Source: a virus (lineage: Duplodnaviria > Caudoviricetes). From it: a stretch of DNA of 27,179 nt. Of this stretch, positions 15,955 through 25,847 are shown piece after piece. The translations under genes were made by a program, and so were the position numbers. The notes below the pieces were generated by a model. The model did no database searches. It saw only the letters and a list, made by a program, of their open reading frames with translations, and was not told where the DNA came from. The stretch lies in IMG/VR virus record IMGVR_UViG_3300020413_000062, positions 1 through 27,179 of that record, one strand, 5' to 3'. Position 1 is the stretch's first letter, and every line of letters begins with the position of its first letter.

Positions 15955-16570
15955 TTCCTATATCCTTTTTTCCAATTTGTTTAAAACCCCATTCTCGTTC
16001 CTTGCACCACCAACATGTGTTACACCGTCCTCTATCCAATTCAGTACAAGAGTGTGTAATAGGCATAATCTCATCGGCAATCCCCAAATCAAATCCCAAC
16101 TGGATAGTTTGGTCTTTTGTTAGGTTTGCAAATGGATGCCCTACATACTCCTTATGTTCTGGTTTAGGTTCCCATCTATCGTTGGGAAGAGGATACCCCT
16201 CAGGCAACATCTCTCGTTGCATGGGGGGATACTTATTCATTCCATTCAGTAGATACTCTGCATACCCCTTCTCAAAAATCTCATATGCTCCGCTCGTTAC
16301 ATAGTCAGAGGGATTATCAGAGGTAATTTGTCCTACTATTGTCGTACTGATTACAGGTATATCGAGTCTTCGGCAAGACCACTCTAACACCTTGTTTGCG
16401 TAGTGGACGGCCCCATCAATTTTTGGGACTGTGAATGGGTTACACTCTTGTTCTCTAGCGAGGCATATGGATTTAGTCATATACCAGAGAACGGCAGAGT
16501 CCCAGCCACCACTCACAACCACCGCAATCTTTTTATTTATTGGTATTAGTTTTTCTAATTCATCCTTCAC
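15947..16570 (-). CDS. QueC-like PP-loop ATPase (7-cyano-7-deazaguanine synthase superfamily)
   Basis: SGGWDS PP-loop, PF..LTK, THSC...RCNTCWWCKER zinc site; start uncertain (16570 or 16591). Confidence 0.75.
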   Translation of the reverse strand: MKDELEKLIPINKKIAVVVSGGWDSAVLWYMTKSICLAREQECNPFTVPKIDGAVHYANKVLEWSCRRLDIPVISTTIVGQITSDNPSDYVTSGAYEIFEKGYAEYLLNGMNKYPPMQREMLPEGYPLPNDRWEPKPEHKEYVGHPFANLTKDQTIQLGFDLGIADEIMPITHSCTELDRGRCNTCWWCKEREWGFKQIGKKDIGNE

Positions 16571-18359
16571 ATGCAACACAATTATCACCATCTATCATAC
16601 TTTGAAAATCAATCTCTTTGATTGCCTGTCGTTCAATTCTCTTCGACACTTTATCAGCCTTCCCCAATTTCTCTGAGCGGCAGTAGTATAATGTCTTGAG
16701 ACCTTGTTTCCAAGCAAGGTAATGGGCTGCATGTAGATATTTGATATTTGCGTCTGGTCTGAAAAATAAATTAAGAGACTGCGATTGGTCAATAAATGCT
16801 TGACGGTCAGCACCAAGTTCAATCAACCATCGCTGGTCAATCTCCATGGCAGTTTTGTACACGGATTTCTCTTGCTCATTCAAAATATCTAGATGCTGAA
16901 CTGACCCATCATTGGATATTATCGATGACCATATTTCGTCATAATTGACTTCATCACTGCTCGATACTTTATTTTTAATGATACCATCCAGATGCTTATT
17001 CTTATTGAGATACGCTCCAGAAAGAGTGTCTTGCCTGTAAGCATTCGCACGATACGGTTCAATACTTGGCGAGGTGTTTCCCATAATAATACTAGAACTA
17101 GCGTTGGGAGCAATAGCCATAACGTGACTAAACCGCCTTCCTGTGCCTCTAGCATCAGGAGCTTCGCCTCTTTCTTTACCGATTGATAAGTTTGCTTCAT
17201 CCAATTTACTCCTTATAAGTCGAAATACTCTCATGTTAGCACCCTTGGCAATAGCAGATTCCCAAGGAATGTTTTTCTTCTGTAAGTAAGCATGGAAACC
17301 AAGAGCACCGATACCGATACTTCTTTCTTGGGTAGCAGAGTAAACCGCTCGTGAAACTTGTTTTGGTGCGTTGTCGATGAAGAACTGTAATACATTGTCC
17401 AACATCTCTGCCACATCTTTCAAAAACATATTGTCTCTCGACCATGCGTCATAATATTCTAAGTTCACTGAGGATAAACAACATACTGCTGTTCTCTTCT
17501 CATTTGTAGGTAAAATAATTTCCGAACATAAATTTGACTGATTTATTCTCAGTCCCAATTCTTTTTGAAACTCTGGTAGGTGCCTATTACTGGTGTCGAT
17601 ATAGTGAATATATGGTTCACCTGTCTCCATACGCATTTCTAGTATCTTTTGCCAAAGGTCTTTCGCTGATACAGTATCTTTGACTTCACCTGTGTGTGGG
17701 TCAGTCAAGTTCCATCTATCATCAGCATCGGGGTCTTTCATACACCGTTCAATTAATTCCATGAATCGGTCAGTGATATTGATACCATGATGTAGATTCA
17801 AACATCTCCAGTTTTGGTCACCTGTTGGTTTACGCATCTCCAAGAAAACTGTGACATCTGGATGAGAGATGTCTAGGTAAGCGGCGTAACTACCCCTTCT
17901 GGTGCGTCCCTGTCGATATGCCAAGGAACTGGAATCGTAGGTTTTGAGGTGAGGCATGACACCAGTTGACTTATCATCAGCGGCCCTAATGCCAAACCCA
18001 ATACCCACACCACCGCCAAGCATAGAGAGCCAATTTGTTTCTGATAAGTTTTCAACTAATCCCTCCGCAGTGTCATCGATGTAATTTAAAAAACAAGAAA
18101 TAGGCAGACCACGTTTTGACCTACCATATGAGAGTATGGGTGTTGAATACGATAACCAGTGTTTACTTGAATATTCATACAATCTTTGAGCATGTTCTAA
18201 ATTGCTAGAAAATGTCTTGGATACAAAGGCAAATCTTTCTTGCGGAGACTCTTCCTCTTCTTTCATGTAACTTTCTTTTAATCTTTGTAGACCCAATTTA
18301 TCAAACAACTGGTCTCTAGCGGTATCAATAAAGATACCTTGGTATTCTCTTTTTGGCAT
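16560..18359 (-). CDS. nrdA: Ribonucleotide reductase class Ia alpha subunit (no ATP cone)
   Basis: PISCF, SNLCSE, VCCLSS, APNASSS, LKTLYY and C-terminal CVAC; TAATG overlap at 18359. Confidence 0.97.
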   Translation of the reverse strand: MPKREYQGIFIDTARDQLFDKLGLQRLKESYMKEEEESPQERFAFVSKTFSSNLEHAQRLYEYSSKHWLSYSTPILSYGRSKRGLPISCFLNYIDDTAEGLVENLSETNWLSMLGGGVGIGFGIRAADDKSTGVMPHLKTYDSSSLAYRQGRTRRGSYAAYLDISHPDVTVFLEMRKPTGDQNWRCLNLHHGINITDRFMELIERCMKDPDADDRWNLTDPHTGEVKDTVSAKDLWQKILEMRMETGEPYIHYIDTSNRHLPEFQKELGLRINQSNLCSEIILPTNEKRTAVCCLSSVNLEYYDAWSRDNMFLKDVAEMLDNVLQFFIDNAPKQVSRAVYSATQERSIGIGALGFHAYLQKKNIPWESAIAKGANMRVFRLIRSKLDEANLSIGKERGEAPDARGTGRRFSHVMAIAPNASSSIIMGNTSPSIEPYRANAYRQDTLSGAYLNKNKHLDGIIKNKVSSSDEVNYDEIWSSIISNDGSVQHLDILNEQEKSVYKTAMEIDQRWLIELGADRQAFIDQSQSLNLFFRPDANIKYLHAAHYLAWKQGLKTLYYCRSEKLGKADKVSKRIERQAIKEIDFQSMIDGDNCVACEG

Positions 18360-19177
18360 TATAGTTCCTCTAACCACCTATCAGCGATGGCACGTTGGAA
18401 ATGAAAGCCTGGATGCATGAGGTCTCTACATAGAGCAAACTCTTGTCCCTCACTAGTTTCCCAAGCTTTCATACCAATATCATGTCTTTCAGAAGCGGAT
18501 ATAGTTAGTAGTTCTACACCCTCTTCAGCACACAATTCGTTTATCGCCATCAAATTTTTCTGTCGAGAGATATATCTCTCCGCTTTGTCTTCTGCCAACG
18601 CACGTTTCCATGTCTCATGTTCTGGTGAGAAGAACCCAATCGGTTCTGGCGTTTCGTCTATCCACACTTCTCTAGCGAGTTGACTGTTCTCTAATAATAA
18701 AACTTGTTTGGGTTTTAGTACAGGTAACCAACTATACAAAATCCTAAACGTGACATCAAGTGGGGCAAGGGGCAATCCCAAGTTCCACACCTTTGTTCCT
18801 GTTTCCCACTCCACCATAGTGGGCCATATTTGACCTTCATTCAAACCTGTACCAAATGTAAAACACTCGCCCGTAGCGATTATGTTCTCGTGGTGGTATT
18901 CCAAATTAAAATCACTCTCACGAAATCCCCACTTATTCAAATTGTAATCAATACGATAGTCTTTCCACCCATATTGTTCCAACATCTCTGGGCGTTTTGT
19001 AAGATTGTTTTGATAAGTTTGTTCATCGTCTGTAGAGTACCAACTCAAAGAGATAGGTTCTTGTCTCTCATAGCACTCTTTGTTGTGATATTTTAATTTT
19101 TCTTCGATTCTTGATACGTCTTCAGCACTGTCTTCTGATGAGTGAAATATCCTTTCAAATGCTTTATATCTACTCAC
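18359..19177 (-). CDS. SGNH/GDSL-like hydrolase-fold protein
   Basis: NKWGFR, GECFTFG (no canonical Ser in block I), NLG and RDLMHPG. Confidence 0.75.
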   Translation of the reverse strand: MSRYKAFERIFHSSEDSAEDVSRIEEKLKYHNKECYERQEPISLSWYSTDDEQTYQNNLTKRPEMLEQYGWKDYRIDYNLNKWGFRESDFNLEYHHENIIATGECFTFGTGLNEGQIWPTMVEWETGTKVWNLGLPLAPLDVTFRILYSWLPVLKPKQVLLLENSQLAREVWIDETPEPIGFFSPEHETWKRALAEDKAERYISRQKNLMAINELCAEEGVELLTISASERHDIGMKAWETSEGQEFALCRDLMHPGFHFQRAIADRWLEEL

Positions 19178-19844
19178 TAGCGGACTCCACAGCTTTTACT
19201 ACGTCTTTGAAGTGTGTTCCTAATACATTCCAGCATTTATCGGCAACCAACATATGTTCCTTCTGAGTTCCATGCGCTCTTCGTAGTTCGCAATAGTGAA
19301 TCCATGAACGCAAAGTGCCGGCCATGTATAAAGTGGACATAGTGTTCCCCTCTGGTAGTATCGCCCTCGCTTGTTCTTTGGCAATACCTTTGTCAAGGGC
19401 CCACTCATAATTTTCCTTTACTAGATTTATAAGTTTCTTTTGTTTCATATTCCACTCTTCGGCGGTCTGTCTTGCCTCAATCTCTTCGCCGATTTCTATA
19501 CTATTCTGGCGATTTTTTAAATCCTGTAGTCTGGTCTCTCTTGTCACAAATTCTTCTGATACAGCGTATCGTTGACTGAATTCTTGAAAAGAGAAACTAC
19601 GATGTCTCAGTATTTGCCTTGCTATATCACGAGTAGTTTTGATTTCCATAGTCACTGACACCATCTCAAATGGAGACCAGTGACCATGTTTAATCAGATA
19701 CCGCAACAAGCCTGGAGCAGTCTTGGTATTATTTTGGTTCTCAGGATTACTCACCCTAGCAGCGTATGCAACTAATTCTGCCGCTGTACGACAGTCAGTA
19801 GAGGCGCTGGGAGTTGTCATCCCAACAAGACTAACTTCACTCAT
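19170..19844 (-). CDS. thyX: Flavin-dependent thymidylate synthase
   Basis: HWSPFE, RHRSFSFQEFSQRY ThyX motif, EQARAILP. Confidence 0.97.
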   Translation of the reverse strand: MSEVSLVGMTTPSASTDCRTAAELVAYAARVSNPENQNNTKTAPGLLRYLIKHGHWSPFEMVSVTMEIKTTRDIARQILRHRSFSFQEFSQRYAVSEEFVTRETRLQDLKNRQNSIEIGEEIEARQTAEEWNMKQKKLINLVKENYEWALDKGIAKEQARAILPEGNTMSTLYMAGTLRSWIHYCELRRAHGTQKEHMLVADKCWNVLGTHFKDVVKAVESASE

Positions 19845-19853
19845 TAACTTTCC

Positions 19854-20159
19854 TTATTTGTTAATTTCTGTCCATACTTGGTCTACTAATTTCTGTTTGA
19901 CTTGTCTACGGTCAAGTTTTAAATCAAGAACATCAGCAGCAAGCTCATCGATTTGCTTCTTTGTCATTTTTTGTAGGTCAGACCTAGTTCCTTCCCACTT
20001 TTTAGTGTTGACTGCACTTTTTTTGACTTCTGGTTTAACAATGCTTTCCGCTGGATGCGGATCGTCATCTCTCTTCAGTGCAAAATAACAGATAAAACCT
20101 GCAAATGCCACTAGAAGAATTATACCAGCCATGAAGTCGTTAGTCAATGTTGTTTCCAT
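19854..20159 (-). CDS. Membrane-anchored hypothetical protein with C-terminal helix-extension-helix-like motif
   Basis: GGAG RBS before the ATG at 20159; N-terminal transmembrane segment; LQKMTKKQIDELA...LDRR..KQKLV. Confidence 0.75.
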   Translation of the reverse strand: METTLTNDFMAGIILLVAFAGFICYFALKRDDDPHPAESIVKPEVKKSAVNTKKWEGTRSDLQKMTKKQIDELAADVLDLKLDRRQVKQKLVDQVWTEINK

Positions 20160-20169
20160 ATTTAACTCC

Positions 20170-21192
20170 CTAACATTTTTTCCATTTAGTAAATTTAAGT
20201 TTTGCCTCCAAACCACTAGAGGTGTATGTATCAACAATAAGTTGAACATCCAAATTTGCCATCCTCATATCATTTATATCTTTTTCAACGATTGATTCTG
20301 GCCACACACAAACTTGGTATCCCAAGTCTATATATTTTTCTACAAGGCGACAAACATCTTTGTTCTTTGGTTGATTGTCAAAAACAATCTTGACCAAATC
20401 CTTGTCAAATCCTAAAGTATCAATTTTATTGAATGAAGTACCAGCACAAGCGATACTGTTATGCAAGAATAAGCTATCAAGTGGGCCTTCCACAACGGTA
20501 ATCGGTTCCCGCTCATCCACATTATCCATTCCAAAAATCGTTGGAACATCTTCCACCACCTTTACTTGTATGTACCTCAATTTCTCTCCACGCATGGCTC
20601 TCAAAGAAACTGCGGTAAGTTTACCAAACTTATCAAAGAACGGTATTGCCAGTCGAGGTTCACTTGTAACTATGGAGTTACGATATTTTTCATTCAACTG
20701 GATTACATCTTTGATGTTGTCAATGTAATATAATCTGTCCCATTTATTTCTTGGGATTAACCTAGACTCAACATACTTTACGGCCTCATGGTCATATGGT
20801 AAAGCAGAAACTTTATCCATTATATTATCTATAAGTCTTGTAGGCTTTACTTCTGTATCAAAAAGTTTGTGTCCGTTGGGAGTCCAATTGTCACCCTTGG
20901 GTTGCCATGTTTTCTTCTCATCCTCAGTGTACTTTTCAATACAATACTGTTTGTAATTCATCGGGTCAAGTTGTTTCAACACATTGCCAAACGATGCACC
21001 ATACCCACAGTTGTGGCACTTATACACCATACTATTGTCAATCTTGTAGAAATATCCTCGCATCTTGTTTTTCTTCTTCTGCGAGTCTCCACAAAAAGGA
21101 CATCTCACATTGAACAGATAGTCGTTTTTGCGTTTGAACAATTCAAACTGATGAGATATCAGTGTGAGATATTTTACATCTACATATAACAT
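20170..21192 (-). CDS. 61: T4-like DNA primase (gp61)
   Basis: RCPFCGDS...KCHNCG zinc finger; TOPRIM motifs VEGPLDS, FDNQP and KDINDM. Confidence 0.96.
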   Translation of the reverse strand: MLYVDVKYLTLISHQFELFKRKNDYLFNVRCPFCGDSQKKKNKMRGYFYKIDNSMVYKCHNCGYGASFGNVLKQLDPMNYKQYCIEKYTEDEKKTWQPKGDNWTPNGHKLFDTEVKPTRLIDNIMDKVSALPYDHEAVKYVESRLIPRNKWDRLYYIDNIKDVIQLNEKYRNSIVTSEPRLAIPFFDKFGKLTAVSLRAMRGEKLRYIQVKVVEDVPTIFGMDNVDEREPITVVEGPLDSLFLHNSIACAGTSFNKIDTLGFDKDLVKIVFDNQPKNKDVCRLVEKYIDLGYQVCVWPESIVEKDINDMRMANLDVQLIVDTYTSSGLEAKLKFTKWKKC

Positions 21193-21198
21193 AGTCCT

Positions 21199-21227
21199 AT
21201 ACTAACAGAACTACAGGTCAATGTCAA
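21199..21227 (-). promoter_or_regulatory. Sigma70-type promoter for primase (TTGACA-17-TAGTAT, TG extended)
   Basis: -35 lies inside the 3' end of the upstream gene; -10 is only 6 nt from the primase ATG. Confidence 0.7.
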
Positions 21228-22152
21228 GGGTGTTTGCTATTTTATTAGCCCTGTCAATGAGTCTTTGATAACTAACAGATGGTTCTATAGGATGGGGCCA
21301 TTTGTAGTTTCTACACAAGTCTATGTACTGTCTATAGTTGTGTTCTCTAGACGGCCTAGTAATATCTGCCAACTCCTGTGGCGAATATGTCCTCATTATA
21401 CGTCTTAGTTCCTCTATCAACTTCTTCGCCCTCATATAACTATGTGGTTCCACCACGAAATCATAATTAATCACATCGCTACAAAACATAAATCCCCACT
21501 CTCTTAATTGATCATACATGTTTTTCGCCCCAAAAATCAAGGGTATTTTTTTAAATAAAAGGGGTTTGAATGTCTTTTCCGTGTAAAATTGGATAGTCTC
21601 GTGAGTCTCCACAACGACATCAAAAAGCACATGTTTGTACCAAGGCGGTGGCATATGTGTTTTCCGTTGATTGTTGGGATTCCAATTCACCCTTCCCAAC
21701 TCATCATTGTGGTCTTGGTCTATGTCAATTTTTACACCTATGCCTTGAAACGTGCTGTGGGCATTCCTCATATCGTACAAACAAAACAAATCCCACATCA
21801 TATGTCGATGAGGTCTTCTATTGCCCAACATCAAAGTGTAGTGGTCATGGTAGTCTTCTTCTAAACCACCATCCGCAAGTATGTATTGATTTATAATAAG
21901 TGTGTCTAGCATCCAATATTCTGGCATTGAATAATGTTTGTAGTTGGGGGGTGACTGATTCTCGTTAGTACCTAGGCCGTGTCTGGCACTTATTTCAGTA
22001 AAAGATTTGCATTGGAGTGGAGTTTTGTAGTCGTAGTTGTGGTGTATTTCACATTCGTTGGCGTTCCACATAACAACTTCATCATCAATGTGTTTGCCTT
22101 TTTCGTACTCTGCAAACCAAACAGCATCACGATTGGGGAGGGTTATAACCAT
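21211..22152 (-). CDS. Glycosyltransferase-like protein (GT-B C-terminal domain, GT10-like)
   Basis: RRPHR; DVVVET...FYTEKTFKPL...PLIFG...LREWGF; HNY motifs. Confidence 0.7.
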   Translation of the reverse strand: MVITLPNRDAVWFAEYEKGKHIDDEVVMWNANECEIHHNYDYKTPLQCKSFTEISARHGLGTNENQSPPNYKHYSMPEYWMLDTLIINQYILADGGLEEDYHDHYTLMLGNRRPHRHMMWDLFCLYDMRNAHSTFQGIGVKIDIDQDHNDELGRVNWNPNNQRKTHMPPPWYKHVLFDVVVETHETIQFYTEKTFKPLLFKKIPLIFGAKNMYDQLREWGFMFCSDVINYDFVVEPHSYMRAKKLIEELRRIMRTYSPQELADITRPSREHNYRQYIDLCRNYKWPHPIEPSVSYQRLIDRANKIANTLDIDL

Positions 22153-22168
22153 AACAAAAAATTGTCCT

Positions 22169-22606
22169 CTAGGACATAAACTTAGTTATAAGTCCAGCAT
22201 TTCCTAGTATAAATCCAAGGGCAGCAGCTGCGCCCATAATAATCCATTGTCTACGTTCTACCGCACGAATTCTTTCTTCTTCTCTCTGCGACTGTTCCAC
22301 CATGTGAGTTCTAAGGTCAGACAATGCTTCCGTGATGGTTGCAGTGTCCCTCTCTATTTCAGCAGATAACTCTCGTTGAACAGTAGAAATTCTGGAGTGA
22401 AGTTGTTCGTATTTTATATCCATTCTTTCTATTTCTTCCTCGTTTGAGGAAATCCTCTGTTCGTGTACAGAAAGTATCTCTCTGATGGACACATTGAGTT
22501 CTGTGATTTTTTCAATCGATAAATCTAGTCTCCCGAAAAACCCATCCATTTTCTTTAGGTCATTTTCTACGAGAGCTAATTTGGTCTCTAAAGTTTGTTC
22601 CGACAT
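22169..22606 (-). CDS. Coiled-coil protein with C-terminal transmembrane helix (conserved T4-like)
   Basis: LSVHEQRI...ERIRAVERRQWIIMGAA motif. Confidence 0.85.
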   Translation of the reverse strand: MSEQTLETKLALVENDLKKMDGFFGRLDLSIEKITELNVSIREILSVHEQRISSNEEEIERMDIKYEQLHSRISTVQRELSAEIERDTATITEALSDLRTHMVEQSQREEERIRAVERRQWIIMGAAAALGFILGNAGLITKFMS

Positions 22607-23143
22607 TTACCCACCCTTTTTCTTTTTCTTTCTTCTTTGCATGGGCATGAGTGAAGGATTCCTGCCTGGTTCTCCTTGTGGGCCCGTACCTATTCCAGCG
22701 ATATTCCCACCGCCCATCGGGCCGGCAGCGTTCGCAATCTCTTCATCTAAGGTGAACCAACTAAAAGGAACCCTATCGGTTTCCAGAAGTTTTGCTTCGT
22801 TGATTACCCTTTCATCTTGTGAATATAAGTCAATCAATACTTCAAAGTCTTCTTCTGGCATACTCTCTATGTTTTTCTCTTCCCTGAGTATGGCAATAGC
22901 GGCAGCAAATGTCAGAAGTCTTTTCGCAGTTCTGTCTGGAGACTTCATAAGAGCTCGTCTTATTTTAAACGCGAGTCTGTCTAGCAAGGTGTAAGCATCT
23001 AACTCCTGAGAGGTAGATGGTTCTTTTATTTTTTCATAATCTTTATTGATAATGCCTAACTGATAAGCTGGATGCTGAGTGACAGGAGTTGAGAACATCC
23101 TCAATATTCGATATGCAATTAATGAATCAACTACTCTAGACAT
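22607..23143 (-). CDS. Conserved T4-like virion-associated protein
   Basis: YRILR...AYxLGII...AYT...L, and C-terminal EExxN...GGxIAG. Confidence 0.85.
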   Translation of the reverse strand: MSRVVDSLIAYRILRMFSTPVTQHPAYQLGIINKDYEKIKEPSTSQELDAYTLLDRLAFKIRRALMKSPDRTAKRLLTFAAAIAILREEKNIESMPEEDFEVLIDLYSQDERVINEAKLLETDRVPFSWFTLDEEIANAAGPMGGGNIAGIGTGPQGEPGRNPSLMPMQRRKKKKKGG

Positions 23144-23521
23144 TTAAATTTTCCTAAGAATGTTTATTATTTTATAATCTAGTGGTATGTCATCACCCCT
23201 TGTCCCACCACTCACTATTTGTTCAATCGGCATCCTATTTAAGAAAACTAAAAATGTCTTCAGTATTGGCCAATGTTGTTTGTCCGTCTTGTAAAACAAC
23301 AATGGTGTGGCTGCTTGATTAAATACATTATAAAGAACTATAAGATGGTTTAAAATTAACCTGTCATTTAATTCTTCAGTTCTTTCATATCTACGAAACA
23401 ACCTTTTCAGATATTTAAATCTTTTTATATCCTCTTCAAAATCATCCATTCCAGAACACTCTGGACTATTATAATTTTTTAAAGCATAAACAAGGTAATT
23501 CTCTTCATTCAACTCAACCAT
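23144..23521 (-). CDS. Conserved T4-like hypothetical protein
   Basis: ELNEENY..YA.KNY..P.C....FEEDIKRFKYLKRL...RLILNHLIVLYNVF, a core marine T4-like family. Confidence 0.9.
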   Translation of the reverse strand: MVELNEENYLVYALKNYNSPECSGMDDFEEDIKRFKYLKRLFRRYERTEELNDRLILNHLIVLYNVFNQAATPLLFYKTDKQHWPILKTFLVFLNRMPIEQIVSGGTRGDDIPLDYKIINILRKI

Positions 23522-23538
23522 TTACATCATCTTAATTA

Positions 23539-23985
23539 TCAATTTGCTACAGTAGCACTTCCTCCAATAGACCACCATTTACTGGCGGCATAGATGAGAG
23601 TTGTAGTATCTCCAGCATTATTAAAAGTTATCGTGTCATGTCCCAAATCACTATCATCAAGAGTCATTGTCACTGCGCTAGTGTTTGAGGACATAACGAT
23701 AATTTTTAATTGGCCTGTAGCACCAGTGGGTAATGTTAATGTCCCACCAGAGCCTGGATTTGTAATTACATGCACGTTCTTGTCGGCAGCGAGAACACCA
23801 GCACCTGTTACTGTTTCGTGATCACCAATAGACACCGTATCCCCAAAGGAAACAGGTGTCGCAATACTAGCGAAAAAGTTAGCATTAGTAATAGATTTAC
23901 TAGTAGAACTCTGAACTAAGTAGAGTGAATCAGCGGCTGCTGCCGAAGTAGCAGCCGTGAGTTCAGTTAATTTAGAATCTGCCAT
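23539..23985 (-). CDS. Putative virion structural protein
   Basis: MADSKLTELT N-terminus, A/T/S/G-rich beta-type composition, located in the late module. Confidence 0.8.
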   Translation of the reverse strand: MADSKLTELTAATSAAAADSLYLVQSSTSKSITNANFFASIATPVSFGDTVSIGDHETVTGAGVLAADKNVHVITNPGSGGTLTLPTGATGQLKIIVMSSNTSAVTMTLDDSDLGHDTITFNNAGDTTTLIYAASKWWSIGGSATVAN

Positions 23986-23994
23986 TTGTCAGTC

Positions 23995-25812
23995 CTATTC
24001 TGAGAACTGTGTATCGTCATCAGCATCACTGGTAATACCGTTCTTAGACAAAGCAACCAATACCTCGTATTGCACTCGACCAGCATTATTACCTGTGAGT
24101 TCCTTACGGCGAATCCAACCAGAGTGAGCAGCACTTGAACCTTGGTCACCAGCAGCACCAATACCAATGGATGCAGTAGCAGTTCCCTGTGTGACACCAG
24201 TGTTGGTAGCAAGAATCTCAAATGTCTGTGCGTTGTTACCAGTTCCAGTTAAGTCGATAATAGTACCAGCCTTGTAAGTAACACCAGTAGGTGTACCAGC
24301 AACCGTTGTCAAAGCTCCACCTGATTCATCAGTCAATGTGAATCCAGTTACGTTAGGTGAAGTACCTGTTACAGCAGAAACCTTGTATATGGTTCCAGTT
24401 GAGTATGAGTTGATAGAACCAGAACCACCAAATGTTCCAGTGATTACAACTCTGTCAGCAACAGCGAGTGTCGCGGCTGCACAAGTAAATCCACCAGATG
24501 TATTAGCGATAACAACCGTACCCAATTCCGTACCAGCAGCAAGAGTCGAACTAGTAGCAAGTCTGAAAGTATTAGCAGCAAGACCAACGTGTGATATGAA
24601 ATAGGATGTATTGTCAACTAAACCAGCAAGAGCAGTACCGCCACCGTCTTGGTATTTGACTTCAAATGCTTCTGTCAATCCATGAGCAGTATATGCAATT
24701 GAGTCAGTCCCTACTGTGACTCCAGAAGTAGGAATAGTCCTATCTGGTATAGGAACCGTTACAGCAGGAGGCGCAAGATAATCAGAACCAACCTCTGTTA
24801 TAGTATATCCTGTTATGACACCACCAGCGACTGCGGCTGTAGCAGTAGCAGTTACACCTGTAAGTGTCTGTGAGTTGTTACCAGTTCCACTGAGAGTGAT
24901 TACAGTACCAGCATTCGCATTGGTCAAGTTTGTTGCCAACTTGATAGTGTCATTGTCAACCTTGATTGCAAAATAGGTAGTTCCATCAGACAACCCTGTG
25001 ATTGCAGTTCCAGAAGCATCAGCGTAAGTCAACTTAGCACCAGTGGTAAGATTATGGTCACTAATAGTGATACTATCAGAAGCAGTGGTCACAGCAGTGG
25101 TGGCAATAGTTCTTGCAGTCGGCCCAGCAACAGTGATTGTAGGTGCTTCAAGGTATTGAGTACCTTCCTCTCCTACAGCAATACTTACAATGTTGTCAGA
25201 ACCACGCACAATCTCAGTGTTGTCAACACCAAACACCAGAGTGTTATCGGTATTGGCATCTGCACCAAGAGAAGTGGGTTTCTCGTTCAACGTGTAGTTT
25301 GCACCAGAAGCAGAAGCAGGCGCAGTTTGTCGGTCAAATGCGATAACTGTGCAAGCAGTGTCACTAGCGATTTCAGTAATCAGAAGTTCTTGTGCTCCTG
25401 TTACCATTACGTCACCGACAGCAGATTCTGTAGTAAATGCAGTTGAACCACCAGCAACAGATGCACGATGCGCCTTGTCGAACTCAAGAGTCAACGTATG
25501 TGAAGCACCAGCGCCATCTGTAAAGGTTAATGGTTCAGGCAAATTCATCATCGCTTTGTGATATGAATCCGCCAACTGTAACGTGTTTGTAGTTACGTTA
25601 GTCACATAGTAACTAGACGTATCCGTAAGACCAACAATCTGTGTCCCACCACCATCAGTGTACTTTACATAGTCTCCATTACGGAAACCATGTGAAGATG
25701 AAGTGATGACATTAGAATCAACAGCAGAAGCACCGTTGAAAGTAATGGTAGGCGCAGTGATGGTAATAGTTCCTGTGGATGTTTTATCATCCGCTTTTCC
25801 CCAACCTGACAT
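23995..25812 (-). CDS. Virion structural/decoration protein with three internal beta-repeats
   Basis: MSGWG N-terminus, GW...GRVQYEVLVA C-terminus, three H.....G..V.Y..GG.T...GL....YF...NT..LA repeats; late promoter and GGAG RBS upstream. Confidence 0.85.
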   Translation of the reverse strand: MSGWGKADDKTSTGTITITAPTITFNGASAVDSNVITSSSHGFRNGDYVKYTDGGGTQIVGLTDTSSYYVTNVTTNTLQLADSYHKAMMNLPEPLTFTDGAGASHTLTLEFDKAHRASVAGGSTAFTTESAVGDVMVTGAQELLITEIASDTACTVIAFDRQTAPASASGANYTLNEKPTSLGADANTDNTLVFGVDNTEIVRGSDNIVSIAVGEEGTQYLEAPTITVAGPTARTIATTAVTTASDSITISDHNLTTGAKLTYADASGTAITGLSDGTTYFAIKVDNDTIKLATNLTNANAGTVITLSGTGNNSQTLTGVTATATAAVAGGVITGYTITEVGSDYLAPPAVTVPIPDRTIPTSGVTVGTDSIAYTAHGLTEAFEVKYQDGGGTALAGLVDNTSYFISHVGLAANTFRLATSSTLAAGTELGTVVIANTSGGFTCAAATLAVADRVVITGTFGGSGSINSYSTGTIYKVSAVTGTSPNVTGFTLTDESGGALTTVAGTPTGVTYKAGTIIDLTGTGNNAQTFEILATNTGVTQGTATASIGIGAAGDQGSSAAHSGWIRRKELTGNNAGRVQYEVLVALSKNGITSDADDDTQFSE

Positions 25813-25847
25813 TTTTCTCTCCTTTTAGGTTTTTTAACTAATTCTTT

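Noticed and set aside
14769-19844. Introns or inteins in nrdA, nrdB or thyX
   Set aside because: All three are continuous and of normal length with no insertion.
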